In this document: positions 1-12,859 of the stretch, piece after piece | How the letters are laid out: each line of letters begins with the position of its first letter | Numbering within the stretch: position 1 is the first letter of the stretch | Made by a program: the position numbers and the translations under genes | Notes under the pieces: model-generated | The model's database searches: none | What the model was told of the DNA's origin: nothing | The model's input: only the letters and a program-made list of their open reading frames with translations | Assembly (NCBI RefSeq): GCF_001194135.2 | Contig: NC_068987.1 | Span: 43,549,034 to 43,613,033, forward strand | Origin: Octopus bimaculoides | Lineage: Eukaryota | Reading direction: 5' to 3' | Length of the DNA: 64,000 nucleotides

Positions 1-196
1 ATACACACATATACATATACATATATATAGATGAAGGGATATTCCAAGTGGCTTTCCGTTTTCCTATGTGTTTGTTCCGTTGTCTGTAGTTCATTGTTCT
101 AACGTCCTGTACCCTGATATGCATATATATACACATGTAGATGTAAGTATGTACATATATGTGTGTATACATGTATATATATTCTTTGTATTATAC

Positions 197-233
<37 letters not shown>

Positions 234-825
234 TACATATACATATATGTTTGTGTGTGTGTGTGCACATGTCTGTGTGAAGGAGCAATGGAGAGATATT
301 AAGGAGAGGAATGTTTTTTAGACAGGTAAGATTATCAATATCAATATCCAAATCTGATTATACAGCAAACTCCTCCACAATTATCAATTAATTCTGTAGC
401 TCTGCCCACCCCCCATTATCACTTCAAAGCAAATGATTAAATAGGGTGTCTCCCACATTCACATACAATACTCTCACGAACATATAACTGTCCTAATACA
501 TACACACTTGAATGCACACATACATACACATATATATTTATTGATACACATGTACACACTAGTATGCGTGTGTGTATTTACACACATATATACACACAAA
601 TAGTTATGCACTCACATACATGTACAATATGCACACATAAATTGATACATGAACACAGACAGATACACAAACACATACATGTAGACATTTACACATGCCA
701 ACATATATGCACATACATATGTTTCTACAATCATGTGTACATACATTTATACATACAAATGCATACATATACATGCACATATTTATTGACACACATGTAC
801 AAACATTTACACACACACACACAGA
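1..825. repeat. compound (TA)n/(CA)n/(TACA)n microsatellite-rich region including the DECR2 3' UTR
   Basis: visible dinucleotide and tetranucleotide arrays; the ORFs called here are low-complexity artefacts. Confidence 0.9.
782..787 (-). terminator. candidate polyadenylation signal AATAAA for DECR2 (second copy at 542-537)
   Basis: plus-strand tttatt at 782-787 and 537-542, downstream of the stop codon. Confidence 0.4.
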
Positions 826-829
826 CTAA

Positions 830-1047
830 TCAAAGTTTTGCAGATTTCTTTGCTAGCATAATTTGATCCGTCCAACTTTTCAAACTTCCCATCCAATGAC
901 CACCATCTGCTACCACAGTAACACCAGTCAAAAGACCAGCTGCTTTGCTGACCAGAAACACAGCGATATTTGCAATATCACTTCGGGTTGCAATCTGCCC
1001 AATAGGTATATGCTCACTTAACATTGCTTCAGAAATTTCTGGAGAAA
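830..1047 (-). CDS. DECR2: DECR2 terminal coding exon 8 (..SPEISEAMLSEHIPIGQ...VADGGHWMGSLKSWTDQIMLAKKSAKL*)
   Basis: long pyrimidine tract then tttcag|; TGA at 832-830; TG...VADGG SDR C-terminal motif; C-terminal AKL peroxisomal targeting signal; exon lengths sum to 867 nt. Confidence 0.95.
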
Positions 1048-1926
1048 CTGAAATAAGAAAAAGAAAAGAAAAAAATGAAATGTAAATAATATAGGATGAG
1101 TGCCACATCTTATCTGTTACAAAGATGAAATGTCATGCATCATCATCATCATCACCATTATCATCTGCAATCATCCTTATCATCATCACTGTCATCACTA
1201 TCCTCGCCCACCACCATCACTACCATGAACATGATCACAGGACAAGCTAATGAGGGAATCTCTACATGGTCACATGACCCACTAGAAATAATAGTTAAAT
1301 CAACATCAAATCACACTCTTCCACCTTAAAAAGTGAAGGATGTACATTAGACTGTGTTCTAGATCCATCCCCAACAGATGTGATGATTATAGTTGGAAAA
1401 CTCTGCTGATAGATCTGTTAGATCAGAGCTGATCTGGAGCTAAGCAACATGATTACATGAGTGAATGAAGGAGTCTCCATGTGGTTTGCCCAATTGAAGA
1501 ATTCTGTTGATTAAAAGTAACAAGTTAACATTTGTTCATTATTAACCATGTCTTTAGGGTTCTGAATAGATAGGGTCCTAAGCAGACAATGTACAGAATG
1601 GATAGACTTTGTGCCATATAGATGGTATGCAGAATGGGTAGGATACAATGGAGGATAGAATGTTAGCCAAATAGTTAAAAGACAGTTCATATTCCATCAC
1701 TAGCACTACAGAGACAATTAACAATAGGTACCATAAGGAGGCACAGTCCATCATTATAATCAACTAAATTGTTTATCTTCATTTTAAAGTCAGCTCGACA
1801 GTATTGAAGTGAAATAGTTATTATGGACCTGGAGTAGACAAGCAGCCACACTCCAATGAAATGAAATAATTCTTAGGACAAACAGAGAATCATACTCCAA
1901 TACAGTTCCCTGGAATATCTTTTAAA

Positions 1927-2325
1927 TTTTATCTTTTACTTGTTTCAGTCATTTGGCTGTGGCTATGCTGGGGCACTGCCTTGAAGGGTCTTTAGTTGAG
2001 CAAATTGACCTTAGGATATTCTTTTAAGCCTAGTATTTATTCTATCAGTCTCTTTTGCTGAACTCCTAAGATATTGGGTATGTAAAAACATCAACACCGG
2101 TTGTCAAGTGGTGGTGGAGGACAAGCACAGACACAAAGCAACACACACACATAGATATATCAGGCTTCTTACAGTTTCTCTTTACTAAATCCATTCTCTC
2201 TACCAAATCCATTCCAGCTTTGGTTGGTCTGAGGCTATAGTAGAAGACATTAGCCCAAGGCAACACGCAGTGGAACTGAACCCAGAACCATGTAGTTGGG
2301 AAGCAAGCTTCTTATCATACATCCA
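1927..2325 (-). mobile_element. tRNA-derived SINE (family with CCTTGGGCAAGTG CORE-like motif)
   Basis: homologous by eye to copies at 42680-43070 (+), 23460-23765 (+), 49915-50065 (+), 62436-62679 (-), 8925-9100 (+). Confidence 0.75.
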
Positions 2326-2397
2326 TACTTATATAAAGATTTCAGTGAGACTTTCATCACCAAATAGTTCCTAGATATTATGCAGAAAATAACATAC

Positions 2398-2502
2398 CTA
2401 GTCTCCGGTAACCTTCTGAGTTAGACACAGGTCCTGGTGCTATACACAACACACGTATGCCATTGGGTCCCCATTCCACAGCAAGGTGTTTTGTCAAAGC
2501 CT
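2398..2502 (-). CDS. DECR2: DECR2 coding exon 7 ([34 protein letters not shown])
   Basis: ctcag| acceptor, G|GTATGT donor, 105 nt, phase 1-1; LAVEWGP.GIRV..IAPGP motif. Confidence 0.95.
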
Positions 2503-2719
2503 CTGAGTTTGCATAGCAAGAAAAGAAAAAGGAAGACAAAGAGAAACTAGAAAGTAATGCAAGCCACTTAATGTATTAGATGGAGAAACAAGAATTTATT
2601 TACTATTTCAGTTTTATCCAATTTTAGTCTTGAGAAGTAAAACTTTTATAGCATGAGACAAACAGTATTGCAAAGATGGGTGGTAGGCTGTGATATTAAA
2701 AAACAGGTAAAGATGGATG

Positions 2720-3050
2720 GATTCTATTATTTGAATCTAGTGAGGGTGTGTGGTTGTTGGCTCCAGTTTTAAAACCTGGTGTGTTGTGTGTAGATTGTGA
2801 TATCAAATCTACTGAAGGCTTGTGTGTGGACTCCAGTGCTCAAATCTGATACGTGATGTGTTAGCCCAGATATTAAGATCTGGGGGAGATGTGTAAGATC
2901 TCATAATGAAATCTAGCAAGGGTGTTCATTGTGTGAGCTCTAATATTGAAATTTGGTGAAGGTGAGTTGTGTGTGGGCAACAATGCTCATAGCAGAAGTG
3001 ATATGTGGGCTCCTATATTAAAATCTGGCATGGTAAGATGGGTTCTAAAC
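2720..3050. repeat. degenerate minisatellite (about 35-40 bp units, consensus near aaatctggtgaaggtgtgtgtgggctccaatatt)
   Basis: recurrent aaatct(g/a) ... tgtgtg(g)gct motifs in DECR2 intron 6. Confidence 0.55.
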
Positions 3051-3223
3051 CTCAAATGACTATTACACTTCCCAAATATGATTTACAAGAAGATGAAGGA
3101 TTATTATAACAATAGTACAATAAAAATAACAATGAAAATAATAAAAACATTAACAATAATAACAATAACACAGACAAAAACTTCAACAATAACAACAACA
3201 GAAAAGACTAAAATATTTATTAC

Positions 3224-3317
3224 CAATTGCAGACTTGGCAGCACCTACATGACACTGCAGTGGTACTCCTCTGTAATGTTGAGTGGCTGTGATATTGAGG
3301 ATGACACCTCCATGATC
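3224..3317 (-). CDS. DECR2: DECR2 coding exon 6 ([32 protein letters not shown])
   Basis: tttcag| acceptor, G|GTAATA donor, 94 nt, phase 0-1; DHGGVIxNITAT motif. Confidence 0.95.
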
Positions 3318-3594
3318 CTGAAACATTGAAGAGAAAATATGTATGCGTTGTGATGTTAATGTATTAATATGTCAGATTGTAGTCTATAGTGAAATACTAA
3401 AATTTTAACAAGTTCACTAAGCAAAGAAAATCTCATCCATGAGTTTTATGTAAAGAACTTTAATATCATCTCACTGTGAAGATTTAAAAGTAAAATATTA
3501 AATATATACTTTACTAATAAAGCACATTACTCTACCTCTAGTATTCGAGTACTATTTTTTTCTACCTTGTTTCACATTTATGTGCTTGCTCTGG

Positions 3595-3625
<31 letters not shown>

Positions 3626-3659
3626 ATGTGTGTATACTAGAGTGTTAGCCATTATATAA

Positions 3660-4160
3660 TGGGTGACTTTGGAAGTATACTTTTGTCACCTCTTTGGGGT
3701 AAAAACATGGCCCATCTCAAAGGCCCTGGTAAAGAGGATCAACAGCTTCAATAGCAGAGCCTTGAGAACCATTGACAACATTAGATGGTACCACCATGTT
3801 CTCAACAAGCAGCTGCATGTGAGCATGCATCAGTCTGCAGCCTCCCACCTCATGCACTGGCACAGACATGTCCTCCATCTCCCACTAGATCATCCTATCA
3901 GGTTTTTACGCTTATTGGACACAAAAGTTATGTGCTGGAAGAAACCTTGTGGCCAGCCCCACACCAGATGGCTGGATGTGATTAAAAAAGATCTCCAGAG
4001 ACTTGATGTCACCTTGGAGGATGCAGAGAGGCTAGTATAAGATCTCAAGTGATGGAGAGTACTGGTGGACCTGGTTGGCTCTAAGCATGACGTCTCTGAG
4101 ACCACTAATCTGGGATGACCCCAGCCCCATCAAACAAGAGCATGAAGCGAAGTGAAGCAC
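3660..4160 (+). mobile_element. RTE-type LINE 3' fragment
   Basis: ORF 3663-4040: INSFNSRALRTI...WHRHVLHLP..HP...GQPHTRWLDVIKKDL, typical RTE ORF2 C-terminus. Confidence 0.75.
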
Positions 4161-5064
4161 CATGGGTAATATCAGGCAATATGGCATACATATAATAATT
4201 ATAATTTAACTCTCAGCAAATTTCTTGATATCATCAACCCAGTAGTTAACTACTTTACTGACTCCAAAAGGATGAAAGCAAAACTGATCATAGTGGGATT
4301 TAAACTCAGAATGTAAAGAGATGAAAGAAATACTACAAGGCATTTTCTGTGATGCTTTAACAAGTCTGTGCAAGGCCAGCAATTTTCTTTCAGGGTGATG
4401 GATTTAGTTGATTTCATCAACTCCAGTACTTGACTCCTACTTTATTTTATCAACCTTGAATGGATAAAAGGCAAAGTTGGCCTCAACACAAGGTCATAAA
4501 TCTAGGGGAAGGGATCAGTTGATTAAGTTGATATAAGTATTTTATCGACCTCAGAAAGATGAAAAGCAGAACTGACCTTGGCAGGATTTGAACTCAGAAC
4601 GTAAAGAGCTGGACGAAATGCTACTAAGCATTTTGGCTAACATGTTAATGATTCTGTCAGCTCTCTGCCATAACAACAACAACTGCAAGGATAAGTACAG
4701 GGAGCAACAACTCTGTAAAATGAGAGCAGTTCGTAGAGCAGCAACTCTACAAACTACACTTGTCTTGTCTGATTCTGTTGGGGCCACAGCAGGACCTAGA
4801 GACACACAGAATCATACTGAATAGAGGACTGACACACTACACCATACATTCAACTGAGCATGTCAGAATGAGAAGAGTGATCATCAATTTAATGGAAAGT
4901 ATGGTATATTCAGAGCTGTATATATTTGTCAAGTGCACACACACATTCAGCCAGCTGTATAGTGTGTTGCCATTGAGATCTAGATTTACACAAAAATTAC
5001 AAGTCCCACAATGACCACCACTACAGAAATGTAGCTATATGCTTGAACAAGATATTCTACTCAC

Positions 5065-5189
5065 TCTCATGTATTTCTCATAGACCACTTTACTGACATT
5101 AAAGGTTCCCATGGTGTCAATTTCTTGGATAGTTTGGAAAGCATGGAACGACATATTGGAGGCCAAACACAAGAAGTTGCCAGCAGCAC
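5065..5189 (-). CDS. DECR2: DECR2 coding exon 5 ([41 protein letters not shown])
   Basis: ttacag| acceptor, AGA|GTGAGT donor, 125 nt, phase 1-0; AAGNF and IDTxGTFN are DECR-family signatures; this frame is not in the ORF track. Confidence 0.95.
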
Positions 5190-5464
5190 CTGTAATGAAG
5201 GTGATGTACAAAAAGACAGTTGTGTTTTATAAATACATATATCATATAATTGTGTGTATATGTGTTTATATATACACATAAAAAGGAGCTTGCTTTCTTG
5301 TGATTCAAGTTTCATTTCAAACAAACTTTATACTTTACAATATGTACTGAGTTCTCTTTCCTGCATTCATTTGACAAAAAGATCAACATTTCAATACCAT
5401 TCACACTTATTCATGAACACACATACACACACAAAAGCTCTACATAAATAAATATTAATATATA

Positions 5465-8400
5465 ATAATAATAATGAAATTATTGTATACAGTGCTCAGG
5501 TGCACTACAACTTGTCAAAAGTGTGCATAAAGCATATGCAGTATTGTACAAATGTCTGGAAAGTGAACAGTGTACGAGTCAGATACATGCTTGCGTGTGT
5601 ATGGAGGGGAGAAAATTAGGTGTAGTGTTGGCGAATCTCAGGAAGCATGGAAGTTTTGAAGGATGCAATGCTCCGACAACTAACAACTGATGCTGGCAGT
5701 TTGTTCCATACTTCAGCAACTCTTAGCGTGAAAAAGTGTTTCCGAAAGTCATGGGAGCTGTGCTGTTTTCTGACTTTGTAAACATGTCCATGGGTGTTAG
5801 ACAGGTGGAATTTGAAAAGGTGCTCAGAGTTATTGTTAGTAAGATGGTTAATAATTTTATGGGAGTCTGAGCTTCAATGTATCCACACCCAAGGAAGTAA
5901 GGCGTTCAGAATATGGCAAATGCCTGATAGAGGGTATTCTCTTGGTTGCACGTTGCTGAACAGTTTCCAGACGATTAATATCCTGGGCAAGACAGGGGTT
6001 CCAGACTGGAGATGCAAACTCCAGGTGAGGCTGCACCATAGCTATATAAAGCCTCAGATAGATAGCCGGAGAGCAGCTCACAAAGGACTTGGTAAGTGAT
6101 GCCAAGACACCCTCAGCCTTCTTGGCAATTTTAGCAATGTGTTTTGTCCAACTCAAACTGCTGTCAACAATAATGCCCAGGTCATGTTCGCAAGAAGACT
6201 TTTTGAGATTAGTGTTGTGGAGGGAGTAAGTAGATGCTGGGTTTTTCCTCCCAAAATGCATGGTGGTACATTTGTCCACAGCCAGCTTGAGTTGCCAGTC
6301 GATGATCCATTGGTGGATCGTGTCCAGGTCTGATTGCAATAAAGATCTATAGTGTACAGGATCTGTCCTTTTTATTTCGAGGTACAGCTTGATGTAATCT
6401 GCATATTTCAGCACTGTGGCATTCTTTAAGTTGGCATCTATATCATTAATATATGCAACAAATAGAAGGGGGCCAAGAACACATCCCCGTGGTACACCAG
6501 ATGTCATCTCATAGGGTGAAGAGTGATGTCCTAGAACTGTGACAACCTCTTTTTGGCCGATAATGAAAGACTTCAACCAGTTATAAAGATCATCTCTTAT
6601 ACCCATTGCAGAGAGTTTCACCATAAGTCTTTTGTGCGACACAATTAAAAGCCTTAGCAAAGTCAAGGTAAACAACATCCACCCAGGAGCCGCCATCAGT
6701 GATTCGGGTAATATCCTCAAGAAACTCAATGAGTTGATTACAGCAGCTGGAGTTAGGAATAAATCCAAATTGTGATGGCTGGATGAGGCTGTGAGACTTC
6801 CAGAAGTTCTAGAAGGTTTCTCTGACACAGGATTCCATCAGTTTGGTGATGTAGCTATTAAGACTGACAGGGCGATAGTTGACAGGCAATGTGCGGTCAC
6901 CTTTTTTTAACAGAGGGATAACACTGGCAGTTTTCCATTGCTCTGGAGTAACACCCTTGTCAAGACAGAATTGAAAGAATAGTGAAAGCTGGTTCAGAAG
7001 AAAGTACCCACCATGTTTGAGAAGTAGCTATGTAACACCATCGAGACCAGGAGAGGCATAGTTATGTTTATTCTTAAGGTGGCGTTGTAGCATTGCTGGT
7101 GTAAATTTCATAGTAGTTATAGAGTCCGATGTCAGAGGTGATGGAGATGGAACATTTCAACAGTAAAGATGCCTGCATAGCATCCAGTAATAATTTCTGC
7201 ACATTCTTTGGGATTGTCAGTGATCTGGCCTGTGTGAGGATTGCGAAGGGGACCAACTGGAGTATGAGGTCTCTGCTTTGAATGGACATACCTCCAGAAC
7301 ACTTTGCTGTCAGGGTTGGCTGCTATGCGCTGTTCGAATTTTTTGCCACCTGCTTGAGATGGTTGGATGATCTATTGCACTTTTTCGTGTTAATCTCTGA
7401 TTTGTGCATTTTGTATTCCTGTTCAGCATTACGGCATTCTTTCCTAGCAAGTCGAACTGCAGCAGTCTCCCAAATTGCACTATTGAGTGGTTTTTTGTGC
7501 TTTCATGGTACCGATGCTGCACATGCCATCCATATTGAATTCAGAATGTTCTGAAGCATAGTGTTCACATCTCCATAGACATAAAATTCGAGCCAGTTTG
7601 GGCATCGCAGCTTGGTACAATAAGAGTTCCAGTCTGCTTTATTCCAGTCAAAGTGGGCAGTTTGAAGATGGTTGTGGTTTTTATTACAACCAATCAGAGA
7701 CAAGTCAGCCATGATCATGGAATGATCAGAGTCACCCAAAGGTTCTTCAGTAGTGACACTAATAATTGTTTCATGAGAAGTGGTGAATAGCAGATCCAAA
7801 GTGTTGTTACTCCTTGTTGGGGAGGTAATGACTTGGGATCAATTTGAATTCAGCACTAGCTCAAGGAAATCGTCTGCACTTGGCGGCCAATGGAAGGCCT
7901 CCCAGTCAATCTCAGGGAAATTGAAGTCCCCTGCAATATAAATATAAGTGGCTGTTTTTATGGCAGCAACTCTGAGGATATCAAAAAGTTGTGTGTCTTG
8001 ATGAATATTTGGGGAGCAGTAAACAACTCCAATTAGAAGTATTGACATGGTCATGTGTATATTGCAGAAAAATACTTCCTGTTGAGATTGGTTCAAATTA
8101 TCACAAGGAATTGCCGATAGGTTTGAACAAACGTAGACCGTCACACCCCCACCACGACGATTAATGCTATCTTTGTGGAACAGATTGTAGCCGGCTATGC
8201 TGAAAACCCCATCACAGAGTGCAGAACGTGCCCATGTTTCCGTGACTGATGAAATCTGGGTCGATACTTTTGATGTAAGAGTCAAAAAAATGTTGTTGCA
8301 TAAACTATGGGCATTCAAGGACAACAGTTTGTATCTGGATTTCAGATGATGATGATATACAGGGGATGGCTGATTGTTCTTGTTTAGTTTCCCATGGTTT

Positions 8401-8930
8401 TGTATTGCTAGTTATTGTGGGTGCAGTATCCTCAGACCAACTGATATCCCTTATCTATGACTCACCAGACTTGACAAATTTCCATATTTGCCCATCATCA
8501 TGTAGGCTAAAGCTTTCCTGTGGCACAGAGTTGCGATTTAGGGAAGCTACAGTTTTTAGCTTTGGGTTTACATCAGGCTGTAGGCCAGAGCGTGTCCGAA
8601 AGGTAATTCTGTTTTCGCGCCGAGCCCTATCAGCAGCTAGATGGTATGCCCGCGCCTCAGTAGAGTTCAAAAACGACAGCCGAATCAATCTGGGTTTGGA
8701 TCCTGGTTGGCTAAAGCGGAAAGCACTTTTTGGAGGAACACAGCTTAGGTCCTTAGATGTGTTGCCAGTAAATGCTTGTAGATCAACTGTATCTTCCGAT
8801 ACTCCGATGACAATTACCTCATGGGTGGTTGATTCAGTGGCTTCCTCGATGTGTCTAGGTTCAGTAGAATTCAATGTTTTCACCTACATGCAACTCTTTG
8901 TCTCCCTGCTCACTATCACCACTTGACAAC
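5465..8930 (-). mobile_element. CR1-type LINE, near full-length but frameshifted (ORF1 remnant, APE endonuclease, RT)
   Basis: ORF1-like 8455-8883; APE motifs SVTETW, GGGV, IAGDFN, DLLFT, SDH (7503-8324); RT SGVPRGCVLGPLLF, YADYIK, HLEFASPVWNP, PYSERL (5857-6828). Confidence 0.9.
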
Positions 8931-9149
8931 CAGTGTTGGTGTGTTGTCCCTGTAACTTAGCAGTTCAGCAAAATAGTCCAACGAAATAAGTATTAGGCTA
9001 AAAAAATAGGTACTGGGGTTGATTCATTTGACTAAAATTACTCAAAGCAATGCCCCAACATGGCCACAGTCTAGTAACTGAAACAAGTAAAGGATAAAAG
9101 ACGGGGACAAGTGCTGTAGTGTTAAAGAAGTACACTGTCACTGGTCAGG

Positions 9150-9600
9150 TTGTTTCAGCTGGATTGACTCATTGAGTCAGTGATTTGCTAAACCTAAAGC
9201 TCTGCATAGACTGTGTGGTTGTTTCCAAGCATTTTGCAGTAGATTAGCACTTCCCACCAAATGCAGATCACTATCTCGTGTGGATGCCACTTTGGCTCAG
9301 TTTGAAGTGTTGCTTGTCTGTCAGGATGTAGTTATTCTTTCCTCTGCTTTATGTTGATGTAAAGACACTATTTTTCTTCACCAGAGACGATGCAATAAAG
9401 AAGTCTCTGGTTGTGTTCTTAAGTAGCCTAGTGTCAAATGAGTAAACTGGTGGTAATAGAGGGGTACTGGAGTTAGTCTCTTTTGTTCGAAGCATGTGAC
9501 ACTCATGGACTGTGTGAAGGTGATGGGTGATGATATTGTGAAAGCAGCCCATTTATTGGACCAATTCTCTTGTGGTCAACCAGAACACGGAAATTCTGTG
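9150..9600 (-). mobile_element. mariner transposase fragment
   Basis: manual translation IVSGEEK*CLYINIKQRKE*L...HPHEIVICIWW...NHTVYAEL, mariner catalytic-domain motifs. Confidence 0.75.
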
Positions 9601-9664
9601 AGGTCCAATTCCCACCCATCCACCCTTGAAGTGTGAAAACTATTTTAAGGCAGTTCTTTCAGTA

Positions 9665-9732
9665 ATAGCACCTTCTCTGTACACAGCACAAAAATCCTAT
9701 AGCACCTTCTCTGTACACAGCACAAAAATCCT
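9665..9732. repeat. perfect 34-bp tandem duplication
   Basis: atagcaccttctctgtacacagcacaaaaatcct twice in a row. Confidence 0.95.
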
Positions 9733-11976
9733 TGAGTGGTTCTGGCAGCATTGGGACCTTGACTGAAAGTGAAGAGAAGTAGGTATCGAAAATGCTCACT
9801 TTTTCCTACTTAGTAATCTTTGCTATCAGTAGAGAGATAAAACTTCTAAAAGGATAAACAAAAGTTGTAGAGAAAAACAGCTACAAGAAAAAAGAAAAGA
9901 AAAAAGCCCATAAAGCTATGATAAACATACTTTTTGTGTAAATTAAAATAACATTGGAAAGAAATGAATGAATTTATCTAACAAGTCCAATATACAAATA
10001 TATGCACATGCATTCATGCATACATACATATATATTTAAATATATATACACAAACACACTTATACACATGTGCATGCATACCTACATACATACACCATCA
10101 TTATTATTGTTGCTTTAATATCCACTTTTCCATGATTGCATAGGACAGATAGAATTTGTTGAAACAAATTTTCTATGGCTGGATGCCCTTCCTGTCACCA
10201 ACCCTTACTTATTTCCAAGTAAGGTAATGTTTCCCATGGCTAGACATGTTTTTCACAGAAAATTGGAAATGAACAACATCCCCTGCATGACAAAGCTGCT
10301 TGTTTACAACTATCATGTGATGTCAGGACAAGGATGCACACACACACACACACACAAGAGAACATGGGCATAACCTGATTCTTTTATATTTCAATTGTTA
10401 CTTATGTTTCAGTATTTAGCGACATATAACATCACACTATGGATATAACCAGTAGATGCAGCTTATAGGACAATCAAAAAAGAAATATAAGTTAGAACAA
10501 CCAGACGATGATGGAGTCACATGCTTAAGGAGGAAGTAGGATGGGAGAGTAGGTAGATAAAATTTGATCTAATTGTTGTGCATCTTGTGTATCCCCCACC
10601 AACCAAACACATATATACACAATAGGCCTCTTCCAGTTTCTATCTACCAGATCCACTCACACTAGTTAAACTAGGAAGATGAAGTTAAACACATCAAAGT
10701 AAACTACATCTAAGTATGATGAAGTCTATACCTCACTGATTAGTGCATAAAAATACCAGAATGTATCTGAAGTTGTTTACTATAACTACTGACTTAATTA
10801 AAATAAGGTCTTTTCAAGAAGGAATCAAATGACCAATTTTCAAATTTCTCCATGCTTGAAAGGAAACTAAAACAAACTCAGTTAAAGAAATATTAATTAG
10901 CAAAGAAATTTTTCGTTTTGTTCTCACAGAATAATTATTTCTAGCTATTAATATAATGTTCCCAACTTAACTATACCTGAACTTTTTATTGTCTAAGTGT
11001 TGCACACTGGAAACATGGACATTTAAAAAAACTGTGATTGTTTAGGTGGTTATATTAAAACAATGTAACTTGAAAACTTGAAGATTACACTGAAAAAGTG
11101 AAATAAAATATCGTCATAGATACATTTTTAAAAAGACATATTTGTAGGAAGAGTATCTCCTCAGTCTCAAACACACATAAACAGCAACTCACACAAACAT
11201 AGACAGACATACAGAGTGATATACATGCACATACACCAACTCTGTTACAAACATAGGCACATACTAACTCACATACAAACAGACACACAACTCACACACA
11301 CAGACATGCAGACAAACATACATCAAGTTTCTCCCTCACTCTTTCTTTTTCTCATACACACACATTATAAATTAGAGAAGAAAAGAGGTGGAAAAGGGTG
11401 AATAAAAATTTACAAGGAATTCCAAGAAAAATAAATAAATAAATAAATAAATAAATAAAGCCCTTGCAATTCAAATTCAGAAGATAAGTTAGTGTTAACA
11501 TACTAAATGCCAGAAGTATTAAGAAGATGACCAGAAGTAATTCTAAGAAGAGAAAATATGAATTACTAATATTGATTTACTTATGGCAAATATGGGAGAA
11601 AACATGGATATAGTCAAGCCTTATTCTGACCACCTCGGCAATTAGTAGACTTCAACGTCTTTATCAAAGTAGTAATGAAAAGAATTACAGAGAAGATATA
11701 CAACATTTATATGCATTAGTCGGTGTAGAAAATTAGTAAATTTTAGAGAGTAAATTACTCTGAGACGCCACTCGCACAGAAAACAACAGGGAAGTTAGCG
11801 TAAATGTACTCAATATAGTCAGTGTTAAAAAGAGAATGAAAAATACAAAAGTGGGAGATAACTCTATTAAAACGAAAGTTATAGTGAGTTACTTCCCTTA
11901 AAAATAAATTTTAAAAGGAATTGGAACGCTTTACAGAAACATTTTGAAATAGAAAGAAAATATCGTTGATACCAAC

Positions 11977-12046
11977 CATTAATCACAATATCTATCTTTC
12001 CGAATTTCTGCAGTGATTTATCAACCGCGTTTTGAATTTCATGGGG
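11977..12046 (-). CDS. DECR2: DECR2 coding exon 4 (PHEIQNAVDKSLQKFGKIDIVIN-G)
   Basis: tttcag| acceptor, G|GTTGGT donor, 70 nt, phase 0-1; FGKIDIVIN motif. Confidence 0.95.
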
Positions 12047-12276
12047 CTGAAACGAGTAAAAATATAAAAGAGTTGCAAAAATTCTATGACATGCAGAATA
12101 AAAGAACAAGGTTCATTCTGTTGCAAGCATTCAAAACAGAATTTTGGACCTATTCTTCGTTTTCCATGCAGACAAGACATGTTCTGGTTGGGCATCATTC
12201 GTATTCCAACCCTTGAGCGCGTACAAAGCTCATAATCATCGCCTCACTTCTCTACAGTGACTTATAATATATAAAA

Positions 12277-12700
12277 TAGCATCATCATCATTGTTGTCTC
12301 CATGGATTTAAGGTCCACTTTTCAATGCTTGCATGGGCCAGATGGAATTCATTGAACAGATTTTTCTACGGCTGGATGTTCTTCTTGTCATCAACCCTCA
12401 CCAGTTTCCAAGCAAGATGATATTTCCCCAAGGCCAGACACGTTTTCCATGGAAGACTGGGAACAAACAACCTCACTTATATGGCAGTGATAATCACTTA
12501 GAATCATCATGTAGTGCCAAGACAAGGGTACACACAAATGATTACTTACCAGCGACAGGTTTCTTTTGCTTTGTGTCAACCTAATCCATTCAGGCTTTGT
12601 GTCGGCCTGGGGCTACAGGAGAAGATACTTGTCCAAGGTGTCGTGAACATGAAACAACATGGTTGAGAAGCAAACTTCTTAACCACACAGCCATGTTTGT
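12277..12700 (-). mobile_element. composite SINE: tRNA/CORE-like head with an RTE-like 3' tail and (GAT)n end
   Basis: head matches the 42680 family; tail ..CATCCAGCCGTAGAAA..CCCATGCAAGCAT..GGAC..TTAAA matches 44960-45122. Confidence 0.65.
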
Positions 12701-12859
12701 GCTTTTGTAAGTATTTAATTATGACCCTTTATCTTGGAAGTTTAAATGTTACAATTTACTTTATCAATTTCTGTGATCAATAAAATGATGAACAATCCAC
12801 ACTGGAACTGCACCATACTGTAGGCAATTGTTTAATTGCAAACCAATTTGTTTGTGTGT

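Noticed and set aside
68-866. ORFs rich in H/T/Y/I/C/V at the window start (similar ones at 38006-38269, 39734-39952, 50968-51279, 62529-63184)
   Set aside because: Translations of (TA)n/(CA)n microsatellites
2720-3050. Regularly spaced repeats resembling a CRISPR array (also 34730-35160)
   Set aside because: Degenerate contiguous units without unique spacers or cas genes, in eukaryotic intronic or intergenic DNA
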